From Octopus bimaculoides (Eukaryota): a stretch of DNA of 64,000 nt. This document shows, in pieces, positions 24,505 to 36,940 of this stretch. Position 1 is the stretch's first letter. Each line of letters opens with the position of its first letter. The notes under the pieces were generated by a model. The model did no database searches and was not told the DNA's origin. It saw nothing but the letters and a program-made list of their open reading frames with translations. The stretch spans positions 69,792,245 through 69,856,244 of the forward strand of contig NC_068988.1 of NCBI RefSeq assembly GCF_001194135.2. The letters are read 5' to 3'. The position numbers and the translations under genes are program-made.

Positions 24505-25350
24505 ATAGGCACAGGCGTGACTGTGTGATAAGAAGGTTGCTTTCCAACCACATGGTTCTGGGTTCTGTCCCACTGCATGGGACTGAACTTGGGCCAACCA
24601 AAATCTTGTGAGTAGATTTGGTAAACAGAAGTTAAAAGAAGCCTGTCATATACATATGTATGTATATATATTCATCCAACCCATGCTAGCATGGAAAGTG
24701 GACGTTAAATGATGATGATGATGATGATGACATTTATGTGTGTGTCTATGTGTCTGTGTTTGTTCCTCCACCATCGCTTAACAACCGATGCTGGTGTGTT
24801 TATATGTCTCTGTAACTTAGTGGTTCAACAAAAGAGAACGACAGAATAAGTACCAGGCTTACACAGAATAAGTCTTGGAGTCAATTTCTGTGACTAAAAG
24901 GCGGTGCTCCAGCATGGGCGCAGCCAAATGACTGAAACAAACAAAAGGATAAAAGAAAAAGAATAGGTGCAGGCATGGCAGCATGATAAGAAGTTTGCTT
25001 CCCACCTACATGATTCTGGGTTCAGTCTCAGTGCATGGCATCTAGGGCAAGTATCTTCTACTATAGCCTTGTGGGTGGATTTGGTACACGGAAACTGAGA
25101 GAAGCTCTTCATGTATACTGTCTGTATGTGTGTGTGTGTGTGTGCCTTTGTATCTATGTTTCTCCCATACCATTACTTGACAGCTGGTGTTGGTGTGTAT
25201 ACATCTTTGTAACTTAGCAGTTCAGCAAAAGAGAACCAATAGAATAAGTGCTAAGCTTAAAAAAGATACTAAGATCGAATCATTCTGTAAGAATTCTTCA
25301 AAGTGGTGTCCCAGCATGGCTGCAGTTTAATGACAGAAACAAGTAAAAGA
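24505..25350 (+). mobile_element. Two head-to-tail copies of the major SINE
   Basis: The first copy ends ..atgactgaaacaaacaaaaggataaaagaaaaagaa; the second starts taggtgcaggcatggc at about 24964. Confidence 0.8.
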
Positions 25351-25531
25351 TAACAAATAAGATATTTATACATCACCAGTTAGGGTAACTGTCAATAAAA
25401 CAGTCAGTTAATAATAATAATAATAATAATAATGTACTAGAAAAACTTTGTATAAAGTATAATATGAGATTCCTAACTAAGCAATAGCAGCAGCAAAACA
25501 AACATGAAAATCATGATGTTAGTTGATTCAA

Positions 25532-25749
25532 CCCTTTTGATACCAACCTCTGCCTGAGGTCTCCTCTGGTTCTTTGATAGAAGTTTCCTGTTTTAAAGTA
25601 ATCTAAATTAAAGCCTTCCAACAAAATTCCATGTTAATTTTTGTTTCAAACAGCAGTTTTATAATGACAGTTTTAGTAAATTTCTACTGTTTTCAAAATC
25701 AAATGAAGCAAAAGCAGTTCATTTCATTAGAAATATGGTGATGAAGGGG
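25532..25749. mobile_element. Degenerate piggyBac-type MITE (second family)
   Basis: tcaa-CCCTTTTGATACCA ... TGGTGATGAAGGGG-ttaa; imperfect TIRs and a TTAA-like flank. Confidence 0.5.
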
Positions 25750-26134
25750 TTAACTTGCCCATCAGCAATAATGTACAATCAAAATTTTGCTAGAAATGTC
25801 GTAGCTCTAATCAAAAAGAAAAAAAAAAAAGAAAACAGGATTCCTGAACAACCCCAACATTGCTGAAGTCAATTACAGCTGTATGGTTAAGAAGTTTGCT
25901 TTTGAACTATTTGGTTGAGAATTCAGTCACACTGCATGGATATCCTCAGCTGGTGAAATCTGCTATAACCACAGGTTAATCAATACCATGTGAATAAAAT
26001 TGGTAGATGGCATGTTATGTGTGTAAATGTGTATGTGGGACCCCTTTGTCTCCTGGCAACCAAATTCTTTTAAACACAGTCTACTGCTGTTCACACACAC
26101 ATATTACATATATTTGTTTGTGTGTGCATGTGTG

Positions 26135-26171
<37 letters not shown>

Positions 26172-27363
26172 AAGAGAAAGAGAGAGTGTGTATAACAAAT
26201 GAGCAAAAATAAGTAAAAAACAACCCAGACAAGAGGGAGAAGTTTTCACGAAGTCTCATGCTTGTAAAGAAAAGGGAAGGGTAGCTAACCATAGAAAACT
26301 CTTCCAATATAATTTTCTCTGGATCAAGCATCGAAAAGCAAACATCAAAATGCTGATGATATATGTATGTAAATGTATGTGTAAGTATGTGCACATCTAT
26401 GTAGCTTGGTGTTTACTTACATTTGCACTTTGAAATTCATTAGCCATAAAAGCTGTAAAATACTGCCTCAGTAATGGATATGTTCAACCTATGCTAACAC
26501 ACACACGCACACACACGTGTGTGTGTGTGTTATATAAGTGCAGGCATGGATGAATAATTAAAAGGATCACTTTGCAACCACTTGATTTTAGGTTCAGTTC
26601 CACTGGATGGCACTTTCGCCAACAGTCCTCTACTATGACCCTGAGCTAACCAATGCCTTTTGAGTGAATTTGGTAGATAGAAACTATATAGAAGCTCAGC
26701 ATGTGTGCGTGTATATGTGTGTGTATGTGTGTGTGCATGTGTGTCTGTGTGTGTACACACACACATATATATATATATATAAATGGGACAAGAACGCAAA
26801 ACATCCAGACAGTTAGGTGATACAAGAAAGGGACAACAAAACATCCAGATAGACGATACAAAGAAAACAAGGACAGGTCATTCAGAATTTTCTTTCATCA
26901 GTTGAGATCCAGATTATCTTTGCAATTTCGGCTGGTTATACTCGATATATATATTATCTAAAAGAATTCCAACTCTGTCTGTTTTTTATGTTTTACTTAT
27001 ATTCTTATAAAATTAATGTAGGATGTAGAATATGGAATATATTGTATATATAGTAAAATGAAATGAAGTATTGAATGTGTCTTATTGAATAAATGAAATA
27101 TTGAATATTAAATATTAAAGAACTAGTATACTTTCCTGCTTTCTAGCAGTCTTCAAGGTCCCAAGCCAACAATTTTGGAGGAGGAGATAAGTCAATTACA
27201 TTGATCCCATTATTCAACTGGCTCTTTATTCTATTAACCCCAAAGGGATGAACGGCAAAGTTTTGCCCAGCATGCTAATGGCTCTGCCAGATCTCTGCCT
27301 TCATATATATATATANNNNNNNNNNTTTGCCCAGCATGCTAATGGCTCTGCCAGATCTCTGCC

Positions 27364-27414
<51 letters not shown>

Positions 27415-27732
27415 ATATATTATATGTGTGTGTGTGTGCGCGTGTATGTTTACATGAACTTAAATATATATCCAGTCATAGAGTGACCAATGGTTTTGCA
27501 TCCATAAAGTGCTTTATAGTCAAATTGTCAGACTCTAGTAGTGGTCATGGGCATATAACCTCTCTTCAAACTGGAGGCAGAAAACCCTCCCCTTAGAACC
27601 ACATTCTCACCCAGCCCCACCAGTTTGAAAAGAGGTTATGTGCCTGTGGCCATAGGAGTCTGACAAGTCATCTGTAAAGCTAAGCGTTTTATGAATATGA
27701 AACCATTGGTTATTCTATGACCAGACATATAT

Positions 27733-27774
<42 letters not shown>

Positions 27775-28469
27775 ACACACACATGTGCACACACACACAC
27801 GAACACACATACATTCACAAATATGTCTTGGTTGGATCATTTGAGAATTCTTTAGTCAAGTTTTCTATTTGTCAAATATATGGAATACATCAGAAAAAAG
27901 ACGAGGAAATGTTTCTTTGCTTCCCCATCATTGCTTACATTTAAACCTGATAATTCACACATCAGCCATGTCACGGTCTGTCATTTAAATAACAGCAAAG
28001 AAATGCGTTTTTTTTATATAAAAAAAAAAAAGCAAAAACAACCTTATCTTTTAATCTCCTCAGCTGAAGAAGATTCCTTCTATTGAAATGAGAATCAAAG
28101 CCCCATCAGTGAGATAATACCAACGATGACAGATGCAAAAGGTCAATACTTTAACCTCTCTCACATAATCTATAATGTTTGCTCCTGGTAGATGTCATTA
28201 TGCACTGATCCTAATTATCTTTCTACACAATTAATTTCAATGAGATGATGATAATAATAATAATAATAATAATAATGATAATAATAATGATGTAAATTCA
28301 TTTGCTATTTTCTATACCGCCCTGTTATATTCTTGCTTTTCACTATGTTGTTGTATGTAAACCATTCAGGTTAAATAAACTTCCCACTCAACATTACTTG
28401 TGAAAAACCACAGGCCTGATATTGATATTCAAACACAACAATACCTGCAGCTAGTGAAAGCACATACAT

Positions 28470-28504
<35 letters not shown>

Positions 28505-28823
28505 TTGATCATCATCATCAATTTCATTGTCATCAGCACCACCACCATCACCACCAGTATAATTGTTATTGTCTAAAACATAATATCTAGTTCCTCCCTA
28601 ATGCTTCTTCTGTCCCATCCCACCTCCATTAACAGACCACACTAATATAATCACTATACTTTCATATCTTTGACATTTCTTTCATAAATAAGCAATTACA
28701 CACACAAATATATATCCATTATATATATATATATATATATATATTAACACCAACATCATCATCATTATCAGCAGCAGCTTTTAACATCCATTTTTCATGT
28801 TTTAGACTCTCTGTGTGTGTGTC

Positions 28824-28876
<53 letters not shown>

Positions 28877-29109
28877 NNNNNNNNNNNNNNNNNNNNNNNN
28901 NNNNNNNNNNNNNNNNNNNNNNNNNNNNNNNNNNNNNNNNNNNNNNNNNNNNNNNNNNNNNNNNNNNNNNNNNNNNNNNNNNNNNNNNNNNNNNNNNNNN
29001 NNNNNNNNNNNNNNNNNNNNNNNNNNNNNNNNNNNNNNNNNNNNNNNNNNNNNNNNNNNNNNNNNNNNNNNNNNNNNNNNNNNNNNNNNNNNNNNNNNNN
29101 NNNNNNNNN

Positions 29110-29155
<46 letters not shown>

Positions 29156-29780
29156 GCCATCCATGTATCAGACTTTATACACACTATATATACACTAGTT
29201 ACTGCAGCATTTGTCTTGAGACAAATAACATCTCTTATAGATTAAGATAATATCTTTTATGGACTTGCAGTATTAAAGACAATGAATATCTGAGAGCAAT
29301 GAAAATTCATCCTGGCAGTGGCTTATGAGAGCATCTGATAACTTTGGACTTGTTGGGTCTTTTCAGTAGTGCATACACACAGACAGTCATATATTTGAAT
29401 AAGAATTCATTGTCTCAGATATAAGCAAAAGTGAATAAAACATCCACTGATATTTTGAACAGCTTTTTGACTGATAAAAAATCCTGTATATGCAACTGAG
29501 GCAGTATTTAATTAAAAGAACCATCTGTGTATTATAATTAATGTATAAATACAAGCAATAGGCCAATTACTGCAGTATTTCTTGTGAAACATCTCTTATG
29601 GTCTTGCTAGATAATGAATTCTTATCTGGGCATGATGATTTGATGTACATACATCTTTGCATTCATGTATATATGTATACATGATGTGTGTGTGTGTGAC
29701 TTTTGCGTGTTCACGTTTTTGTATAGGTATGTTTGTGTGAGTGGATGTGTGCATTGATGTATGTGCGTGTGATGTATGTG

Positions 29781-29882
29781 GAGTCTCTTCAGAGACTCCA
29801 TCTAAGAAGATCTGAAGAAGGAATTGTAATTCCGAAATATCATCGGACTATAGATAACCAAATTACAACAGGTGTATAGTCC
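29781..29882 (+). ncRNA. Degenerate hammerhead-like motif of a second PLE-type family
   Basis: CTGAAGA-a-ggaat-tgta-attcc-GAAA-tatcatc, flanked by the hairpins gagtctc/gagactc and ggactata/tatagtcc. Confidence 0.55.
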
Positions 29883-32149
29883 CTTTTTTGTTTTGTAGTG
29901 CATTGTTGTACCATTCTAAACTTTTTATTCTTTACAAACGATACACAATGCTTCAAGCGAACTACAATACTCTCCTATGTGTATTTGTGCGTGTGCGTGT
30001 GTGTTTGTGTACATTTGTGCATATTTGAGTGTGTGTGTGTAAAAGATATCAGTCTTTTAGTTGTTTTGTTAACCTATGTATTTGTACATACATCATCATC
30101 ATCATCATCATCATCATCGTCGCCGTCGTCGTCGTCATCATCGTCATATAATATCCATGTTCTCTGCTGGCATGGGTTGGATTGGTTTGACATGGATACA
30201 ATGAGTCAAGGACTGCATCGTACTGGAGTATCTGCTTTGGCATGGTTTCTTGAGCTGGATGCCCTTCCATTGCTAACCATTTTACAGTGTGTAATGAGTA
30301 CTTTTTACATGCTACCAGAACTTAGGTCACCAGGCAGCTTGAAGGTTGCCTCTGTATATAAGATGGGAGATAAAATGTAGGGGAGGATGTTGAAGTAGAG
30401 GAGGTTCTTGTTGTAGAGGAGCTACATGGTTATTCAAATTTAAGAGAGAGAGTGAGAATGAATTACAGGTATTTCCAAAGTGATGGACAGTTGTGATGTG
30501 GTGTCATCCAGGTGGCAGCATCAGGTGGGGGAAATGGGAATTTACAAGAGTGCATGGGAGGAGAGATAGGAGAAGCTGGAGGTGTAAAAGAATTATTCTT
30601 ATAGGTATTAAGAGACAATTCATGATTAGGTGAGAAAACATAAATGTCCAACCATGTGCAAGAGTCTTCAGACATTTCAAGTGATGTCATTTATTATACC
30701 TCTCTTTCCTCTTACCAACATACTCTTTGAGACCTCAGGATATGTATTAATTCTGTTTAATATCTCAAAAAAAAAAAAAAAACTCATGACTATATGGTTA
30801 AGAAGTTTACTTCTTCAGAAGTACATGGTTTGTTGAGCGATTATCATCAGGAAGTCACAGGACATGCTAGAAGTAGCAGTCATACCTTTCTCAGATTATA
30901 CCTAATCATCTTTATAGAAATAGGAAAAGGAGGATGCATGGAATAATGAAATCCTCCAGGATAATATGCTAAATAGTGGTTGGCCAGGGTCAAATTATCT
31001 TATATTCTAAATTGGAGATGATCTGAGATTCAAAGCAACAATAACAATAGTGCCACTGCTACCACTACTATCATTATCATATTATGTAGGCAGAGTTGGT
31101 TAAGACAACTTATCTGATTCCTAATCCTTGTTGAAACGAAGATTTCCATTCAGGAATGTTTCACGCACATGCACACACACATGTACCTTCACATACACAT
31201 ATGCATATACTGGAATAGAGAAGATTTCATGGGAATACTCTGGTAGTACAGACTCTGTGTCTGAGATGACCAGCAAACTAAACACTAGCATGACTTAAGA
31301 TGGTAAAAGTGTCAAGATGGTCAAATATTGATTTGTAACATTAACACAAGGCTTCAGGGATGGAAGAGTAGATTAAATTGATGCTAACACACGGCACCAG
31401 TACAATAACAATAGTATCAATGATAACAACACATGGAACACAGTGGTTTGTTACCTTTTCATTTAACTATGGATAAGAAAATAAATTTTTAAAATAATAC
31501 AAAATGATATAAATGACCTAATTAGAGCATTATCTTATTTTATGGTGCAATTTAACAGATACTAAATTTGACAACTGTTATTTTAAAAGGAAAACTGACA
31601 AAAATAGTCTCAAATACATCAAGTGTCTGTTAGTTGCCACCTTGTGCCTTCATTTTTTACTTGTGCACTCTATTTTGATAAACACATTCAAAGTAATAGT
31701 ATTTTATTTGTTCTTTCAAATAGTTAAAAGCCAGATCAATATCTCATTCTTCTTCAGGCATATATTCTGAATCATGTCATTCATGAGGGTACAAACTTGT
31801 GTTGTCTCTTTTGACATTGTATTAAGAGTCTTTGGTATAACAAATACAGAATTTTTTTTAATTCTTGTGTTTTTGCAATTTAAGTAAAATTTTCAGAATT
31901 CTTATTCATTAGTAGAATGTGATCTTATATTTTAATTACGGTTTTAATGGTTAGGAACATCAGAGTCAAAGCTACAATGATACAAAGACAGAAGACGATA
32001 TGAAGAAAAAGACATGGTGGCTAAATGGCCCTGCAGTTGGTCATAGGTTGAGAAAAATTCTAATTGGTATGCATGACAAGGAAAAGGAGTTAGATACCTA
32101 TAGCATAAATGTCAAACGGATGTTTCTATGAGATAATCTGTTGATAAAC

Positions 32150-33120
32150 ATGCTGAAGCTGATGTACTGGTAGAATGACACAGTAGATAAAGTTGTAAAA
32201 GCTAAGAGGCAGGCTTAGAAAACCCAGAAAGTAAGTGACATTAGAGAGCATAATCAAGAAAGACAACTAGGCATCAGGTGAAAGGAGAAGTAGAAAGGAA
32301 GAGGTTTGTATGGTAGGATGTAAGGATCAGAGGCATGAGGTGTTCGTGTTAAGAATTGTGGGACAATTAAAGAGAACTGAGACATCTGAAGACACGCTTA
32401 CTGTTACTGTGAATAAAGGCTTTTAAATACAGAGTATGCATGGAATAAAGATGAGCTGCTTATGTAGATTCTATAGAGAGATTTGTCGGTCAAGTTGACA
32501 GAAGTGTGGTAGATAGAGAAATTAAAGATATGAAGCAGGAAAAGCTGCTATTTCCTTATTGATAGCTACTGAAATTCTCAAATGTCTGGTGAGATAAGAT
32601 ACTTTGTAATCACTTGAATAGTTAATCAAATATTAGAGGAAGGTGTTATACTTAATGACTGGCATAACGGTATCATTGTAAACTGCTATGAAAACAAAGG
32701 AGATACTTTAGAGAGAAGAAATTAAGAGAGAAATCAAGTTATTAGACTAGCCTATGAAGATCATAGAGGAGGTCATAGAGCAATTGATCTAAAACAAAGT
32801 CAACTTCAATGAGATGCAGTTCAGCTTTGTACTTAGAAGAGGTGCCAGGAATGCAATCTTCCTATTGAGACAATTTCAGAAGAAACACTTAGCAAAGGAT
32901 AAACCAATATAGCTGGCATTTATTGACTTGGAGTAGGCCTTTGACAAGATGCCATGCTCTATAACTGGTAATCACAAAGGAAACTAAGTGCAGATGAATG
33001 AGTTATGAGAGCTATACAAGCTTTGTGCAAAGGCAGAATAAATAAAGTGTGGGACAAAAAGTTTAGCAACAAAAAAGGTTCAATCCCCAACCATCTCCTA
33101 TTCATCATAATCATATATTT
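32150..33120 (+). mobile_element. RTE-clade LINE reverse transcriptase remnant
   Basis: DWHNGIIVNCYENKGDTLERRN..KIIEEVIEQLI..NEMQFSFV..AIFLLRQFQKKHLAKDKPI*LAFIDLE*AFDK, with many stops and frameshifts. Confidence 0.85.
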
Positions 33121-33193
33121 ATGATTGTATAAGGTAATTCCAGGTATGGAAGCAAAACCTAGAATCAAGAGGCCTCATGGTAAACTTTGCAAG

Positions 33194-33399
33194 TGTTGTA
33201 AGCCTTAATGTCGGATTGTTATAACGCCCACTCTGGTATAGCAGTAGAGTTAGTAAAACAAGTAAAGTGACAACTATGTATGACTGTCTACTACATACTC
33301 TTCCTCTATACTGACCAATAGCACCCTATTTATAGTGACTAGCACATACCACTCATCGCATGAGAGGAGTGTACCATTATTACTATTATCTCCACAACA
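33194..33399 (-). mobile_element. Solo LTR related to the Gypsy LTR at 36941
   Basis: Minus strand runs TGTTGTGGAGATAAT..gatgagtggtatgtgctagtc..cgttataacaatccgacatt..TTACAACA; TGTTGT/ACAACA termini; homologous to 36941-37174. Confidence 0.75.
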
Positions 33400-33649
33400 C
33401 AAAGACTAAGTTTTAAGTTGTTTGCTGGTAGGAAAGAAGTGTAAGCTATGTACATACAAGAGAATCATAAATAGGCTGAAAGAGAAGATAAAATTGCAAT
33501 GTAGCAAGTACACTAGAGCAATATTTACTAACAGTACAATAGGAATAGTCACTTTACGTGATCAGATGGCTCACTAGAAGTAGTTGATACATTCTGTTGC
33601 ATTGGCAACAAAATTAGGAAAGGAGTTGGTTATTTGGAAAGTAACTAAG

Positions 33650-34173
33650 GTAAGAATGAGCATTGTCCTGGCGCAGGTGCCACTGATCCAAATAGGAAAC
33701 TTTTGGCCTTTTGCAAAGAAATCCCTACCTGATCTCCCTCAAAACCTCCATAAAGTACTCTTTATTGACCATCTGATCAGAGGGAATCTAGTGGATGTAG
33801 ATGATGCCCTCGCTGTTGGAAAAGGAGACCATCGTGAGTTTCCATCTGGATAACCAACTGCTTGAGAGAGAGGGGCATCACAACTGTCCCTCGCCCTCCT
33901 TACAGTCCATACCTTGCACCCTGTGACTTTTGGTTGCACCTCAAACTGAAGAACTTCAAGGGCAGTCATTTTGAAGATAAAGGAGGCTGTGAGAAGGGTC
34001 CTGGACATCTTTACCTAGGAGACCATCCACAGGGCCTTCATAAAGGAGCTAAAGCACTACAAGTGAATTGAAGTCAAAAGATCCTACTTTGAAGGAGATT
34101 AGGGGTTTGTACTTCTTTTACATTAAAGGATTTTCTCCAAAAAATGTCTCAAAACATCTGGAATGCACTTCTT
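33650..34173. mobile_element. Mariner transposase remnant with an internal inversion and a 3' TIR-like end
   Basis: 33650-33840 on minus: MVSFSNSEGIIYIH..VNKEYFMEVL..QWHLRQDNAHS. 33841 onward on plus: SIWITNCLRERGITTVPRPPYSPYLAPCDFWL. Ends tctcaaaacatctggaatgcacttc-tta. Confidence 0.85.
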
Positions 34174-34957
34174 ATCTTTATCTCATCTCCTGCCCTTACC
34201 ATAATGTACTTCTCTAATTGCTAGTCCCTTCTCAACCAACTCCATCTGCAACTAACCCCACCTTTTCCCATCACATTTTCCTATCACATTCTTGCACCTT
34301 CCTACCTATTCTGGTCTTTCTTTTGTCTTGCTTTCTGTCTCATCCTCTCCTTGGTCACCTGAGTAAATATACACAGGCCTGGTTATAAAATATTCTCCAC
34401 ACTTAGACTCTAACATCCCCTCCTCCTCCTCAACTACACATCATGGCTTTTCTGCTGCTATTGCTCTCTTTCCAATACCACTCCTCAGTCTACATGACAC
34501 AGGTTACTGAGTATTCTCCACATCTACTGTGTACAGGTCATGCACCTCCCTTGTTTGTGCAATAACAGAACCTGCTGCACTTTCTTTACAGGGGAATAGC
34601 AATGAAAGTTATGTTTCTAGTGCTTCTTTGATAGAAATCTTCCCAGTACTCAGTTAAAGTGATTGGCAGTGATTTTAATTATGAAGTCCCTTTAAACCAG
34701 GAGATTGATTAAATCAGTATATCTTCCATCCTATTTCTGTTCCCTAATTCCACACACAAAATGCTATGCAATGAGATCAAACCTGAAACCATACAGTCAT
34801 GAAGTGAAGTTCTTAACACAACCATACTTGTGCCATTTACAGCCAAGGTCTGTAGTTGTTGTTGTTGTTATCTGCCCTGATCCAGCAGACTCACGATTAG
34901 AAGCATTCCAGCTGTGACAATACTATATTATTTCTTATTAATTTAGACATAATGTAT

Positions 34958-35361
34958 GTCTGTTCTGTCTGTCTGTCTGTCTGTTGGCACTCCATCGCTT
35001 ACGACGTCGAGGGTTCCAGTCGATCCGATCAACGGAACAGCCTGCTCGTGAAATTAACGTGTAAGTGGCTGAGCACTCCACAGATACGTGTACCCTTAAC
35101 GTAGTTCTCGGGGATATTCAGCGTGACACAGTGTGACAAGGCTGACCCTTTGAATTACAGGCACAACAGAAACAGGAAGAAAGAGTGAGAGAAAGTTGTG
35201 GTGGAAGAGTACAGCAGGGTTCGCCACCATCCCCTGCTGCAGCCTCGTGGAGCTTTAGGTGTTTTCGCTCAATAAACACTCACAACGCCCGGTCTGAGAA
35301 TCGAAACCGCGATCCTATGACCGCGAGTCTGCTGCCCTAACTACTGGCCCATTGTGCCTCC
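34958..35361 (-). mobile_element. Young tRNA-headed SINE (family 2) with (ACAG)n tail and TSD
   Basis: Head ggaggcacaatgggccagtagttagggcagcagactcgcggtcataggatcgcggtttcgattc; TSD acataatg(t/c)at at 34947-34957 and 35362-35372; CpG-rich. Confidence 0.9.
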
Positions 35362-36940
35362 ACATAATGCATCTAGGACTACATTATCTAACAAGCCTTT
35401 TTAGCTTTTATAAGGAATTGATTAATTTCTCAACATTTGAGCTACTACATAGTGAATTCAATTGGCACATTAAAAACAAAATATGGTTGCATTGAAGCAA
35501 AGAATAATGCTCTTATATGGTTTAGAAAAATGCAAATGGTCACTTCTGGCATTCTCAAGGAGGGTGCTCATTGTGCCTCTCTAAGATAACAAATTACAAC
35601 TTGAATGGGTAGGGTCATTGTAATTTATCATGGGTTTGCTAGAGACATGCTGCTATCCTTATTCATATATAAGTAAGTTCTAAGACTATTTTACCAAACT
35701 TAAACAGCACAGTAAGAGTCTCACCTTGATATTTTTCACAGCAGAAAAAAAACAAGATATCCTGAGAATACAAAATATTTGGTTTATCAAGTTCAGATAT
35801 TTCGTTTGTTTCTTTAATTGACTTATAAAATCTTCTAATCTTTCATTAATCGAAATCTGTGAAACTAGTCAGCTCCATATTTAATTAAAGGTGAGTGCAA
35901 AGATTAAGTGACATTATGTAAAAAGATAATATATAAGAGATTGAGTATCTTGTTATTACTGTACATCACACTTTTTGTAAATGGTAATTAGGCATTATCA
36001 CCATCATCGTAGACAGTATCATCATCATTATAATTATCTTTATTCACAATCCTTGAAACAAATTACTACCGATCTGTCTTTCCATTCTCATCATCACCAT
36101 AAACATCACCACCATCATCGACAAGCATGTTATAAGAGATTTATAACCAACAGAGAAAGAGAATGAGGAAAAGAGCGAGGAAGGAAAGAAGCAAAATAGC
36201 AAACTTGTTGTCGCTTTCCGTTTCAACTTCCTGCTTTGTGAAATATAATTAACTGTGAAATCTTACAACACTGTATAGATGTCATAGCTAAAGTTAGCTG
36301 GAACAGCTAGAAATATTTGAATTTCTGGTTCAATCAGAGCTTGGGTATGGTGATCAGAACTTCCATTTAAACTTAGGACAAACTCCTTATCTTTATAAAA
36401 AAAAACAGAAAAAAAAATAGCCACATTAGATTATGCAATCTAGGAAGCCCCTAAAGAGAGATAGTATGGACAGCTGCAGAGCCTTCTACTCATAGGTTAG
36501 CTTTATCAGCGACTGACCATGTTTTTCCCGGATTTACCGCCTGAGAGGGGAAGGGCAGCATCTATGAATCCTCAAGGGTCAGTGAGATTGGTAGCAGAGA
36601 AAAGAAGTAAGTTATCAAGAACTGAATATCTAGACTAAATGCTTCCAATAGAGTAGATTCTACTTTAATCTCATACTGGCTAAGTGGTTTCAAACATGGT
36701 GATGGATTAAATCTACAACCCAAAATTCAGCCAATAATCTTTTACTAGATTTAATTGAAGCCATAGTTTTCAGCTGCAGTTTTTCTGTCTCTACTATTCC
36801 AAGAAATACTCAACTTCATCTGATGGATTTGACATTCATTTTTGCTCCTGCTTGGCCTAACTTAATTTCAGTACTCAAAGACTAGCTTTTTTTGCTGCTA
36901 TCAAATTTACCTAGGTACATCAATGACTGTATTTAGCTTG

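Noticed and set aside
27282-27370. Direct repeat tttgcccagcatgctaatggctctgccagatctctgccttcatata on both sides of a 10-N gap
   Set aside because: Typical unmerged contig overlap (assembly artefact); the same pattern occurs at 13374-13480.
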